Source of the DNA: Hydrurus foetidus
Taxonomy: Eukaryota
Direction: 5' to 3'
NCBI GenBank assembly: GCA_900617105.1
Contig: UYFQ01000397.1
Span: 1 to 59,241 of the forward strand
Length of the DNA stretch: 59,241 nt
Part shown: piece by piece, positions 1-9,878 of the stretch
Layout: each line of letters starts with the position of its first letter
Position numbering within the stretch: position 1 is the stretch's first letter
The notes under the pieces: generated by a model
What the model was told of the DNA's origin: nothing
The model's input: only the letters and a program-made list of their open reading frames with translations
The model's database searches: none
Position numbers and translations under genes: made by a program

Positions 1-205
1 GTGACCTTGGAGGCAAAGAAGAAGGGAAGTCTAAAGGCTAAAAGGAGCTAGTTAGTTAGGGATGCAACAGAAGGTACGCTAGTAACTTCTGCAAAGCAGC
101 ACAAACTAGCTAGTGACTGATAGTCGTGGCTGTGAACACGAAGGTACTAAGGTGGAAACAGCATCTAATCGGCTGAATGGGGTAGCAGACCCTGAGGGAG
201 CCACA
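1..205 (-). repeat. 3' LTR (partial) of gypsy element 1
   Basis: 68-205 is identical to 8462-8599. The LTR begins TGTGG on the - strand. Confidence 0.93.
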
Positions 206-224
206 CTACCCCTACTTATCTCTC
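206..224 (-). promoter_or_regulatory. Polypurine tract (plus-strand primer) of gypsy element 1
   Basis: The - strand reads GAGAGATAAGTAGGGGTAG immediately before the LTR TG. It resembles the tract of element 2 (GGAGTAAGTGGGGGTAA). Confidence 0.8.
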
Positions 225-574
225 GTTTTCTTCTCTCTCTCCCTCTCCCTCTCTCTCTCTTGGTGAGTCTCTAGCTACAGTGTGTAACAAAACAAATATG
301 ACTCAAGCGTGAGAAAGAAAAATGCAGAAAAAGATAATAAAAAATAAAAATAAAAATTAAATACAGAAATAAATGCGTACAATAAATACAGATATTTGTA
401 CATGTGAGAGATGGGGAAAGTGAGAAACGAGAGTGCCTAGATGTGTTGTAACTAAGTGTTCCCCTACACATTTATGTCAGATTTTTACTGACTAAACCTC
501 CTGAAAAGCAACGTAACGTTGTAAAAATGAGGAGGAATCTTCAAAAGATAATGTGTAGGTCGTTCCTGGGGAAC

Positions 575-3493
575 TTACTTTTCTGTCGGAATTATTTTCG
601 ACATGCCGTGAAGGCGTAGATATGTGTGAAGAGCGTCTGTAAGACGAAGATTCTTCCACGACTCCCACGTATTGTGCGAGTCATCAAAGTCAGTCCATTT
701 GACTAAAAACCGCATTTGGGTTTTGCGCCTGGAATTACCTTGGTGCTGAAGAATGGAATCGATAAAGAATTCCATATAATCGCGGCGTGATACATCAGCA
801 GGATCCGTATGTTTCGGATTGAAAACAAATTGTTTAAGATTACTAATATGAAGATGTTTATGTTTCTTCGTAGTTATATCTAACAACGTATAATCAGAAT
901 TGTGAATCGATATCACTTGAAACGGTCCCCGCCACAACGTGTGTAACCGTGTGGGCGGTTGTGTGGTATATCTAGCCAACACATATGAACCTACGGGAAA
1001 AACCGTTATATCCTGTGGACTTGTGGCAATATGAGCCGCGTCCATTGTGCGCAAAGCAGTTTGTGCTTGGGCAATCAGGGTATCCTGGATGTGATACATC
1101 TCACAGACCACTTTCGATGCGGAAGTTTCCACTTCCGGTAATTGTGGGAATGGTGAAAGTATGCCCGAATCAAGATTGATTTGGTTACCAAACAATAAAC
1201 TTGCTGGGGAGGCATTGGTACTGCTGTGAATTGAAGAATTCAAAATGCGCTGTATAAACGGTAAGCAGTTTTTGTACTGGTATACGTCGTTTGTATCATA
1301 CAGGAACGAACGTAAGTACCGGTTAATTTCTTTATTAACTCGTTCAACTATAGCATTCTCTTGTTTAGAGTATGCTAGTGTCAGGTTGTGGGGTGTACCC
1401 GTTGACACTAGGAATTGTTTGATCAATTCGTTAGCAAAATGCGAACCCCGATCAGATCTGATCATTTGGGGTGCACCGTATCTTCCAAAGTGTTGGAGAA
1501 GGCAATCGGTAGCCGATTTGGCCGTATTATCAGCACACCAAAATAGTTCTGTCCATCGTGTAAAAGCACAGATGATGACAAGAACGTAAGAGGCATCGGG
1601 GAAGGGTCCGATGAAATCGATGTTCAATACATGGAACGGTTTGTACGCAGAAGTAACGTACTTGTGTACACGTATCGGTACGCGTGTCGCGTTCATCTTC
1701 TGGCAGCACGCACATTGTTGTATAAACAAGTGGGTGTGCTGAACCATGTGTTCCCACTCAATGGGTAAGCCTAAAAGCTTTTCTACGGTGCGTTTAACGC
1801 CCCCGTGTCCAACAAACTTGTTGTGGCACATGTTGAGTGCGTCGCGCTGCGTATCAGTCATTTCTGGTATGACCTTGAGGGCGCCGCAAAACGGGCCCGG
1901 CAAGTTATCCGGTTCTGTGCCAGTGGTGGCTGGTTGAACCTTGATGACAAGGTCCGAGAGATTAGCACAGAGGCGAGACATAGCGTCCGCTACCGTGTTC
2001 TCAGACCCTCGCACGTATGCGATTGTGTAATCGAGCTCTTGTAGAGCCATGGACCATCTCCCTACCATCGAGTTAGGGGAGGATTTCATGTACGTCAGAT
2101 TTTTATGATCTGTGTGAATCGTAAACTTGCGATCACGTAATAGTGGATCAAGTTTTGTACAACACAAGTAGATAGCATAAGCTTCTTTCTGGATTGTTGA
2201 CCAGTTCAACTGTGAGAAGGTGAGTGACTTACTCACAAATGAAATGGGTTTCATTTCATCTCCAACTTTTTGGAACAATACACCACCTACACCATAATCC
2301 GATGCGTCGGTGTATAAATGTATTGGTGATACATTATCAATGAAGTGCATTAGGGGGCATTGAGAGATTGCCTGCCTAATGTCTTGAAACGCTTTAATGG
2401 TTTCAGCATTCCAAGTTACTCTGGAATGTTTATGAGTTGTAGACACCGTCATTTTATGTAACGGTGCTACTATGTTGGAGTGGTTTGGTACGAAACCTCT
2501 AAAATAGTTCGCTAAACCGAGAAATCCCCTAAGGGCAGTAACGGTTTTAGGGCGAGGAAAATCTAAAACAGATTTTATTTTCTCAGCCGACATAGATAAC
2601 CCCTCTTTGGAGATCACACGTCCGACGTATTCGAGGCGTGTAACTCCGAACTTACACTTCTTAGCTTTCAAGAATAAATTCTTTTCTCGAAAACGGATGA
2701 AGACATCACGAAGTCTCTGCAGAAACTCGTCAGGCCCATTACCAAATACAATGCAATCATCGAGATACATCTCACATGTTACATATAAAAGGCCCGCAAG
2801 GACAACCGTGGCCATCATCTCCTGGAAGTATGATGGGGCACGTTTGAGGCCGAAAGGCAATCGAGTGAATTGATAAATTCCAGAGAAGCATATGAATGCA
2901 GTCAGGATTTTGGCTGATGCCGTAAGGGGTGCTTGATGGTAGCCGGACGTTAAGTCCATAACTCCAAAGATGTCAGGTTGACGAGCGCCAATGCGTTCAA
3001 ACATTGCTGGAATGTTGGGGAGTGGCCAACTGGCCGACTCCGTACAGTTATTAAGTGGCCGGAAGTCAATACATACACGGTATTGTCCGGGTGACTTCTG
3101 TACTACTACAGGGTGACTGTAGTATACCGCATTAGACTTTTCAACCACCCCGATCCGTATCAGATCCTGAAGGTTATTGTGAATCGCCTCTTCCTTCTGT
3201 GAGGATTGGGGGCGGAGCGGGGTCCTGTTACCAGGTACTTCCCATTGTGCCGCCTTATGATCAATATCAAAAGGAGGTATTCGGGCCGGTTCACGGGCCA
3301 CCTCATCTTGAAAGATGTCAATAAATTCGGTACATAATGCTCTGCATGCTGTTTGCAGAGCTTCCGACCCACCAAAGGTGATTGTCGAGATGACGTCGTT
3401 CGCCCTACCTGTTGGGGTAGGGTCTTTCATCAATGCAGAAAGAAACGGACCGAACGGACCATCTCGTTTTGTCATCATCAATCTCATCTCCAT
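575..3493 (-). CDS. pol: Gypsy Pol: RT, RNase H, integrase, chromodomain
   Basis: RT motifs DLTSGYHQ, LPFGLK and YLDD. RNase H TDASDYGVGGVL...TDHKNL. Integrase HHCC (H..GH...CACCQK) with DFIGP / SDRGSHF / ERVNKE. C-terminal chromodomain FLVKWTDFDDSHNTWE. The true N-terminus lies upstream across frameshifts. Confidence 0.95.
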   Translation of the reverse strand: MEMRLMMTKRDGPFGPFLSALMKDPTPTGRANDVISTITFGGSEALQTACRALCTEFIDIFQDEVAREPARIPPFDIDHKAAQWEVPGNRTPLRPQSSQKEEAIHNNLQDLIRIGVVEKSNAVYYSHPVVVQKSPGQYRVCIDFRPLNNCTESASWPLPNIPAMFERIGARQPDIFGVMDLTSGYHQAPLTASAKILTAFICFSGIYQFTRLPFGLKRAPSYFQEMMATVVLAGLLYVTCEMYLDDCIVFGNGPDEFLQRLRDVFIRFREKNLFLKAKKCKFGVTRLEYVGRVISKEGLSMSAEKIKSVLDFPRPKTVTALRGFLGLANYFRGFVPNHSNIVAPLHKMTVSTTHKHSRVTWNAETIKAFQDIRQAISQCPLMHFIDNVSPIHLYTDASDYGVGGVLFQKVGDEMKPISFVSKSLTFSQLNWSTIQKEAYAIYLCCTKLDPLLRDRKFTIHTDHKNLTYMKSSPNSMVGRWSMALQELDYTIAYVRGSENTVADAMSRLCANLSDLVIKVQPATTGTEPDNLPGPFCGALKVIPEMTDTQRDALNMCHNKFVGHGGVKRTVEKLLGLPIEWEHMVQHTHLFIQQCACCQKMNATRVPIRVHKYVTSAYKPFHVLNIDFIGPFPDASYVLVIICAFTRWTELFWCADNTAKSATDCLLQHFGRYGAPQMIRSDRGSHFANELIKQFLVSTGTPHNLTLAYSKQENAIVERVNKEINRYLRSFLYDTNDVYQYKNCLPFIQRILNSSIHSSTNASPASLLFGNQINLDSGILSPFPQLPEVETSASKVVCEMYHIQDTLIAQAQTALRTMDAAHIATSPQDITVFPVGSYVLARYTTQPPTRLHTLWRGPFQVISIHNSDYTLLDITTKKHKHLHISNLKQFVFNPKHTDPADVSRRDYMEFFIDSILQHQGNSRRKTQMRFLVKWTDFDDSHNTWESWKNLRLTDALHTYLRLHGMSKIIPTEK

Positions 3494-3544
3494 TGAGATT
3501 GATTCCGCACGGCAACACGCTCGCGGCGTTAAGTGTTACTGTGT

Positions 3545-5760
3545 TCACTCTCGTCCCGGTCTCAGAAGGGGGCGGTTAAGACCACTGCCCGTCCATAGCG
3601 CAGATGGACCCCACTCTTCTCCCACTGTTGGAATACGGTGGGTGCTCGAGTGACCTTCGTCTCCATTGTCAGCAGTGTCGGTAATTAGGCGACACTGTGT
3701 ACAAGGACTACGCGATCCGACAGCGTCACTATGATGACAACAGACGTCGGTATGTGAATCTGTACCGATGTCGGACTCTGCCCTTAAGGGAAGTAGACCG
3801 ATGTCATCTGGGCTGGGTGACGTTTCGATTAACGTAGGGTCAAAGCCCATACGTTTCGGCGTCAGCACAAACAAGTTGTGTTGATTCAGGGACTTGCGTC
3901 CGATGATCAGATCCAATTGTGCAAAAGGATTAACACTAAAAGTGATATAGATAGTGTGCTTAATATTACTATCATCGAAAAAGTAAGGCCTAAATCGACT
4001 AAGGTATTACACCTATAACAAGTTCCATCAAGACCGCTACAAACGTTAAGTGCTGTTGAAGACACATAACAATGAGCAAGTGCATCAAGTGAGACAAGCA
4101 GTGATTTGGAAACAAAATCGCCGGCCATGCTACCCGTGTCTAGGAGCGCGTGCGCTGTAAGACTAAGTCCCGTGGACTGGGGTGCTGACGCGGCTGTGGT
4201 GGGGGCGTGTCCCTGCAAGGTTCTTCGTTCATCCTTGAACACCAATAATGAAAGAAGTTCATTAGGATTTGTTGAGTGTACCGCTGCTACAAGTGAGTCA
4301 GACGGTAACGTACCTATGAGCGGTATTTCCGACATGTCGGTCTGGTTATGGCATGCCGCCAGCACCTCCGAGATTAGAGGCAGGGAGGTATGGGGTGGCT
4401 GTAACACGTGAAGACATGTGGGAAGAACATTGTTAGTGTTATCCGATACTGTATTGGAGGGGGTTGAGACCTCCAATGTATTAGTTACGAGTATATCAGA
4501 GTTGAGTATACATAAAGGTGGTGGTGTATCGGTAGGGTTACATGTGCTAGCAGCATGTATCGCCACTACCAATGACTCCACCACCGTGACATGAGGTAAC
4601 GTACCATCATATGCGGCTGCGGGCGGTAGACCACTGTGGGTTGCGTTGATGGAGGTGTTGTTGGCCAACGTGGTGTTTTGTCCACCAGAACCGTATCGCG
4701 GTTTGTTGGTGGGACCTCGATTATAGTTCCCCCCATGATTGGGGTTCCCTTGGTATTTTTTCTTATGACCACCCCCTGGGGGCTGAGCTTTATTCAGTAC
4801 CTCATCAGTGAAATTTGTTTCACGACGGGGTATGTGGATTTTAAAGCGGCCCAGACCAGGGATGCGATCATTGATAGGGTAGGTCGCATGACCGTATTGT
4901 GCCCACGTGCGACCCATGTTGGAGTGGTCCCACGGGACATTGTGGTTGGTGTTTGAATCCACCATCCACATGTGTGGGCAATTTTTCAGCAGATGGTCCA
5001 TGTGTCCACACGAGTTACACTGTCGGAGTGGTGTTGTTGGCAGTGCCAGCGGTGGTAAAGCTGGGAGTGCCGCACCAACCAACAGGGTTTTGGGGTTCGT
5101 CGTGAGAGACAACCCGTATGGATTTTGGGTAGCGGGGTGACAATAAATGTCGTTGGGGTCCCCAAAAGCCGCTACGTGTAGCTGAAGTTGGCGTACCGCA
5201 TTGACTTGGGAGAAGAAGCGACGCATCGCGAATTCCCAATCGTCCACGTCATGCGGGTTGACGCGTTTATGCTCTTTGTATTTGGCGGTGATGGCACCGT
5301 TAAGAGGCATCTTTTTCTCGAAGATGAGAGTGAGTGCAGCATGGTCGGAGGTGCTGAGTGGGCCATGTACTTGTACATGGTTCTCCACCACCTCACGAAA
5401 CTGAGTCATGCAGCGCATCTCAATCTCCCTTTTGTTGTAACAAAAGGCGAGATGGACTTCCGAGAAATGCTCAGCTAGTGACTGTCCTAGCTGTGTGTCC
5501 GCGCGAAAGTAGCGCAGGACTAATTGTGCTACTTGAGGGACCGTCAGTGTTTGGAGCCACACTTTACGTGTCTCTTCCGCATATGGATAATCTTGATCCG
5601 TATGGATCTGATCATCGATACACCTGACTGCTTTAGTCGAGATGACTTGACCAACATCGTAGTTGTTGGTCCACCTCTGGGAGTGTTCGAAAAACTCCCG
5701 TGCGGCCTCTTGTCCAATAATGCCTGACGCATTTACGTTGAGAACGTAAAGTACCGTTTG
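3545..5760 (-). pseudogene. gag: Gypsy Gag core, CCHC knuckle and aspartic protease, broken by frameshifts
   Basis: The frame of ORF 3907-5562 stays open upstream to beyond 5760 (QTVLYVLNVNASGII...). It contains CNSCGHMDHLLKNC and ALLDTGS. Adding one T in the T-run at ~3978-3982 restores TFFDDSNIKHTIYITFSVNPFAQLDLIIGR and joins ORF 3545-3916. Confidence 0.85.
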
Positions 5761-7658
5761 CAGGCAATAGCGGAGATGGGTCGGGAACCATCGTCCACAG
5801 CACGGCCACCCACTACAAGCGCTGTAGGTGCCGCATTGGGTGTGGCAAACTGTACCGCGGGTACGTTGATCGGTGACGTACGATCGTGTATGTACCGTGG
5901 TATCGGTGGTCGTACCGGGTGCGCTGCATTGGGGTCGGGACCGCCCCCTGCAGCTCGGAATGCTGCTGTTTGCTGCTCGTAATCGATTATGCGAGCTGTT
6001 GCAGGCAGTATCACGATGTCGGGAGGATCCAAGGGGAGTGGGTTAGGAACCCGAATTTCCCGTGGGATCTCCTGGATGACTCGTTGGGGTTGTGGGTTGT
6101 AATCCGTGTCACCGGTGAACGTACGTACGTATGTAGGCCGTTCCGGTGACCCTGGTGGGGAAGCTTGTCGCTTGCGTGATGTGGGACCCTCTTGTGGAGG
6201 TGACGCGCGTTTGCGAGGAACGTCCGCTGTGCGGGTTATTGTCTCCACATTTTCGGGGATGCGCGTATCGCGACTCTCGAGTAGTCGAGAGTTGTCGGTA
6301 ACGCGTACGGTTGCCCGTGGAGTCGCACGTTCGTCCTCGTACTGGTTGTCGTTGTACTGACGACCGTCAGTATTACGGTTGCCCCGGTTGGAGGTATCCT
6401 GTTGGCGACGATTGTCTCCTTGAGGATAATCCCTTGGGGGACTGTCATCGTAACCCTGTGGAGGTTCTCGACGACTTCTCCTATTGGGGTTGTTGTCTCC
6501 CTGACGGAAACTGTCGTTGTTGTCGTCGCGAGAATTATCGAAACTGCGATTGTTAGTCGAATAATTTCCCCTGTTTGGGTTGTCATTACGACGAGAATCC
6601 TCGTAATTACGATTATCCCTTTGGGGGTTATCGTTGTGACGTTGGAAAGTGTCTCTGCGATTATCCCTGTTAGGGTTGTCGTCTTGTTGGCGATGGTCGT
6701 GATCGCGACGCCCGTCATTCTGACGTGGGTTGTCGTCGTTGCGACGATTGTCGCTGTTGCGTCGATCGTCGTATTGACGTCTGTTGTCGTCGTTGAATGA
6801 GGTGTCGTAGCCGCGACGACCATCGTTGTCGTAGTCGTGGTTGTCGTCATTCTGACGGTAATTGTCGTTATAACGACGATTATCGCTCTGACGTTGATTG
6901 TCATTGCGGCGATCATCGTTATATTGACGTCCCTCGTTATCGTAACGAACGTCGTTACGGTGCTCCGTACCGTATGACGGGCCCGTATTACGGTTGTCCC
7001 TGGGAGGGTTGGAGTCATCGTAGTTACGACGATTGTCGTTGTGACCTTGATTGTCATCATTAGAACGTCGATAATCGTTGTTGTTGCGATTATCGTCATT
7101 GTATTGACGTTGGTTAGGATCGTGGCGTTGACGGTTATCGTAACGATTACCGTCACCACCGTCTTCGCTGCCACTCTGTTGATTCGGAGTGGGCGGATAG
7201 TCGCCCGTTGCATCTCCTTCGACGGGGTTATTCCGACGAGTTGAGTTGTCGTAACTGTCGAGGCCCTGACGACGGAGGTATCGTTGCGGGGGTGAATCTA
7301 TACGGCGGCGAGGGTTAGTATCGCCGTCGTCATCATCCCGGTCAGGGTTGCCATTATGGCGTGTTTGTTGACGGTTTGCGTCTGACGAACGCAACGTGAC
7401 ATTGTCATGTTGTCGCGTTGTGTGAACGTCGTCGTCGTCGTCGATATTACGATTAGGCGGCGCCTGATTGGAACTGTTGGTAGGTCCCAGTATTGTTACT
7501 GGGAATACCGGTCGATCAGTTCCATCAGACGCAGCTACTGCTGTCGGCGGTGTTGGTGTCGACTGAGTTTTTGAAACAGTCGTCGCTGCCGGAATTAATT
7601 GAGTGGTTAATTCGGCGAGCGACGGCGATATCTCCGAAGAGTCATCGGATAACGGCAT
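5733..7658 (-). CDS. Long R/D/N-rich low-complexity ORF, probable N-terminal extension of Gag
   Basis: 641-aa ORF directly after the 5' UTR, with many DNRR/NDD-type repeats. A one-base shift near 5762 joins it to the gag frame. Confidence 0.7.
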   Translation of the reverse strand: MPLSDDSSEISPSLAELTTQLIPAATTVSKTQSTPTPPTAVAASDGTDRPVFPVTILGPTNSSNQAPPNRNIDDDDDVHTTRQHDNVTLRSSDANRQQTRHNGNPDRDDDDGDTNPRRRIDSPPQRYLRRQGLDSYDNSTRRNNPVEGDATGDYPPTPNQQSGSEDGGDGNRYDNRQRHDPNQRQYNDDNRNNNDYRRSNDDNQGHNDNRRNYDDSNPPRDNRNTGPSYGTEHRNDVRYDNEGRQYNDDRRNDNQRQSDNRRYNDNYRQNDDNHDYDNDGRRGYDTSFNDDNRRQYDDRRNSDNRRNDDNPRQNDGRRDHDHRQQDDNPNRDNRRDTFQRHNDNPQRDNRNYEDSRRNDNPNRGNYSTNNRSFDNSRDDNNDSFRQGDNNPNRRSRREPPQGYDDSPPRDYPQGDNRRQQDTSNRGNRNTDGRQYNDNQYEDERATPRATVRVTDNSRLLESRDTRIPENVETITRTADVPRKRASPPQEGPTSRKRQASPPGSPERPTYVRTFTGDTDYNPQPQRVIQEIPREIRVPNPLPLDPPDIVILPATARIIDYEQQTAAFRAAGGGPDPNAAHPVRPPIPRYIHDRTSPINVPAVQFATPNAAPTALVVGGRAVDDGSRPISAIACKRYFTFST

Positions 7659-7961
7659 CGTTAGATGACTTATGTCTTGACAATTTTAAATAGCGGGGTC
7701 GCCAAAAAAATTTTGCAAGGGCTTCGCCTCGTGCCGTTTGGATGAAAATCAAACAGGCGATTAGGCGAAGCACAATAAGTCAAGTAGGTTCTGGACGGAT
7801 GAGTGAATCAATCCGTACAAAATAAGTCGGGATTGGGAGACTTGCTCGACCAATAACGAGAACGGCGTGGAAGACAAAGCTATCCACGGACGTCAGCCAA
7901 GCAAAGCTTGAGGCGAGAGATGGGCAGAAGTTAACTGAGTTAACTCTGCACAAAAATTTGG

Positions 7962-8305
7962 TTTGCTGAGATGAACTCAAGCAACCACAAGACAGTCAAG
8001 TATCGGGAGAGAAATCTCAACCCGAGTGACTAAGTTTACGGCAACCAGACTTCGGAGACTTGCTCGCGATAGTAAGAATTGCTCGCAAACGAGAATGTCG
8101 AATAAAATTCGAGATTCTCCACGCAGGTAATCGGTATGGGATTGCTGAGATGAAACTCAAGCAACCACAAAATAGTCAAGTATCGGGAGATACCGAGTGA
8201 CTAAGTTTACGGCGACCAGACTTCGGAGACTTGCTCGCGATAGTAAGAATTGCTCGCAAACGAGAATTTCGAATAAAATTCGAGATTCTCCACGCAGATA
8301 ATCGG
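7962..8305. repeat. Two imperfect ~165-175 bp tandem direct repeats in the 5' UTR of gypsy element 1
   Basis: TTGCTGAGATGAA(A)CTCAAGCAACCACAA...GAGATTCTCCACGCAG(G/A)TAATCGG occurs at ~7962-8134 and ~8142-8305. Confidence 0.9.
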
Positions 8306-8327
8306 GTGAGTTAGGGCAGCAGGGTAG

Positions 8328-8599
8328 TGTAGAGGATGGTAGCTTAGAGTAGGAGAGGATAGGGTCTAAAGAAGAGAAACTAAAGGAAGTAGATCTACTG
8401 TGACCTTGGAAGGCAAAAGAGAAGGGAAAACTAAAAGGAGCTAGTTAGTTAGGGATGAAGGCAGAAGGTACGCTAGTAACTTCTGCAAAGCAGCACAAAC
8501 TAGCTAGTGACTGATAGTCGTGGCTGTGAACACGAAGGTACTAAGGTGGAAACAGCATCTAATCGGCTGAATGGGGTAGCAGACCCTGAGGGAGCCACA
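8328..8599 (-). repeat. 5' LTR of gypsy element 1 (inner boundary tentative)
   Basis: Matches 1-205. The outer end CA is at 8598-8599. The inner end is guessed at TGTAG 8328 because the other copy is truncated. Confidence 0.8.
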
Positions 8600-8600
8600 A

Positions 8601-8879
8601 TGGGAACAGAATGTTAATTATCTCAGCAATGATGGGCATCATTCTCATGAAGATATGATTATCTTTAGGAAACATCTTAGTAGAGTACGTAATTTGACTC
8701 CTATAACCGACTTCACACTTATTGGAACTGCAGCTGTAATGGATCGTTTTAGAGTTGTACATGGTGATAATGATGTTGAATTTGAATCATCCTATCTTAA
8801 CTTACAAAAAAAATTAGTAGATCATTTTGCTTGGAAACATTCTATAAATGAAGTAAAGTGGCTTAAAAAGAAGTCATAG
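8601..8879 (+). pseudogene. C-terminal fragment of a coding sequence, probably a Harbinger-type transposase, cut by the LTR
   Basis: The frame is open from the LTR edge (WEQNVNYLSNDG...LQKKLVDHFAWKHSINEVKWLKKKS*). The family assignment is from recalled similarity of the C-terminus and from context; no catalytic DDE is visible in the window. Confidence 0.45.
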
Positions 8880-8969
8880 CGTAGACAATAAACATAACTG
8901 TAATACTAAATTTTTTTTTCCAAATTTATTTCTTTATCATTAATTTTCATCATTGAGTTTTAATTTTTA

Positions 8970-9878
8970 CTAGCGTTTTCCCTGTAAATATAACTTATTT
9001 AAACATAATAAATACATCAACGGACTTTTGAAAAAGAATGATATGTCAAAATGAAAAAAATTTAAGATATGGTAGGGGATTAGCGGGTGCGGGGAGCTTC
9101 TTTCTTGCATTGGTATCCCAGGAATATGCGTCCTCTTCTTCAGTCTTTTCCTCAAGAACTTTCTTCGCCGCTGTCTTTGCTTCCTTGGTTTCTTTACAAT
9201 CGGATTCACTTCTTTCTCTAATGGGATGGTGAGTTGGGACGACCGGGTTATATTCTTGGATAAAGTTTCCTTTGGCGTTTCGACGTCTGCTTCCTTCGAT
9301 TTACCGCTGATGAATATACGGGAAATTGGTACATGGGTTGGTGTGTTGTTCAAGATCGATGAGAGAATAATATTTTCCTCAGCGGTAAATTGGGTATCTG
9401 GACATGAGAAGGATTGACTGCTTCTTTTGGAACCCCCTGAATTTCGGCTTGATATAGATGTGTCCAGGCCTTTGTTTTCTTGCTTGTACAGAATTTTCTT
9501 GGTGTTGAAGAGAGTTGTTTCCTTTGTCTGACCCGATGGAGGTAAGCCATCTGGTCCTAATAACGACACGTAGATGGGGGTAATTTGGTTGTTGATATAC
9601 TTCTTGATGGCGCAAAATTTCCTCCAAAGTGACGCCCCATTGTGAATTTCCTTGTCGGTCACGGCTTCATCCAAATGTCTTGATGTTCGGAAGAAGGTGT
9701 TCTTCGCAAACCCTTGCGGCAGCTTAACTCTCTCCACATGATGTTTGAATTGGATGAACATTTTGGCATGGATAGATTTAGAGTCCATTTCATGGGACGG
9801 AAGTGACAAACCAGCCCGTGCGATGAGCACATACTGCTTGGATTTGATGCTGAAGAGTTCCTCGTTGCTTACTGGCAT
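8970..9878 (-). CDS. Putative second (Myb/SANT-like DNA-binding) ORF of the Harbinger-like element
   Basis: Part of ORF 8970-10034, likely start MPVSNEE at 9878. Contains the helical segment SLWRKFCAIKKYINN followed by GLPPSG and a disordered, charged tail that may be frameshifted. Confidence 0.45.
   Translation of the reverse strand: MPVSNEELFSIKSKQYVLIARAGLSLPSHEMDSKSIHAKMFIQFKHHVERVKLPQGFAKNTFFRTSRHLDEAVTDKEIHNGASLWRKFCAIKKYINNQITPIYVSLLGPDGLPPSGQTKETTLFNTKKILYKQENKGLDTSISSRNSGGSKRSSQSFSCPDTQFTAEENIILSSILNNTPTHVPISRIFISGKSKEADVETPKETLSKNITRSSQLTIPLEKEVNPIVKKPRKQRQRRRKFLRKRLKKRTHIPGIPMQERSSPHPLIPYHILNFFHFDISFFFKSPLMYLLCLNKLYLQGKR

Larger units (their letters stand above)
1..8599 (-). mobile_element. 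Ty3/gypsy LTR retrotransposon (chromovirus), frame-disrupted; 3' LTR truncated by the window start
   Basis: Direct repeats at 1-205 and ~8328-8599, both ending ...GAGCCACA on +. A polypurine tract abuts the left LTR. Internal order on - is gag (CCHC), protease, RT, RNase H, integrase, chromodomain. Confidence 0.95.

Noticed and set aside
3460..5765. Programmed ribosomal frameshifts in gypsy element 1
   Set aside because: There are at least three shifts, one inside the protease domain, mostly at short homopolymers or a 9-bp duplication (GGTCCGTTC). Decay or assembly indels explain them better.
6236..7213. 325-aa Thr/Ile-rich ORF resembling a mucin or env gene
   Set aside because: It is an alternative frame of the GAC/AAC/CGA-rich repeats in ORF 5733-7658.
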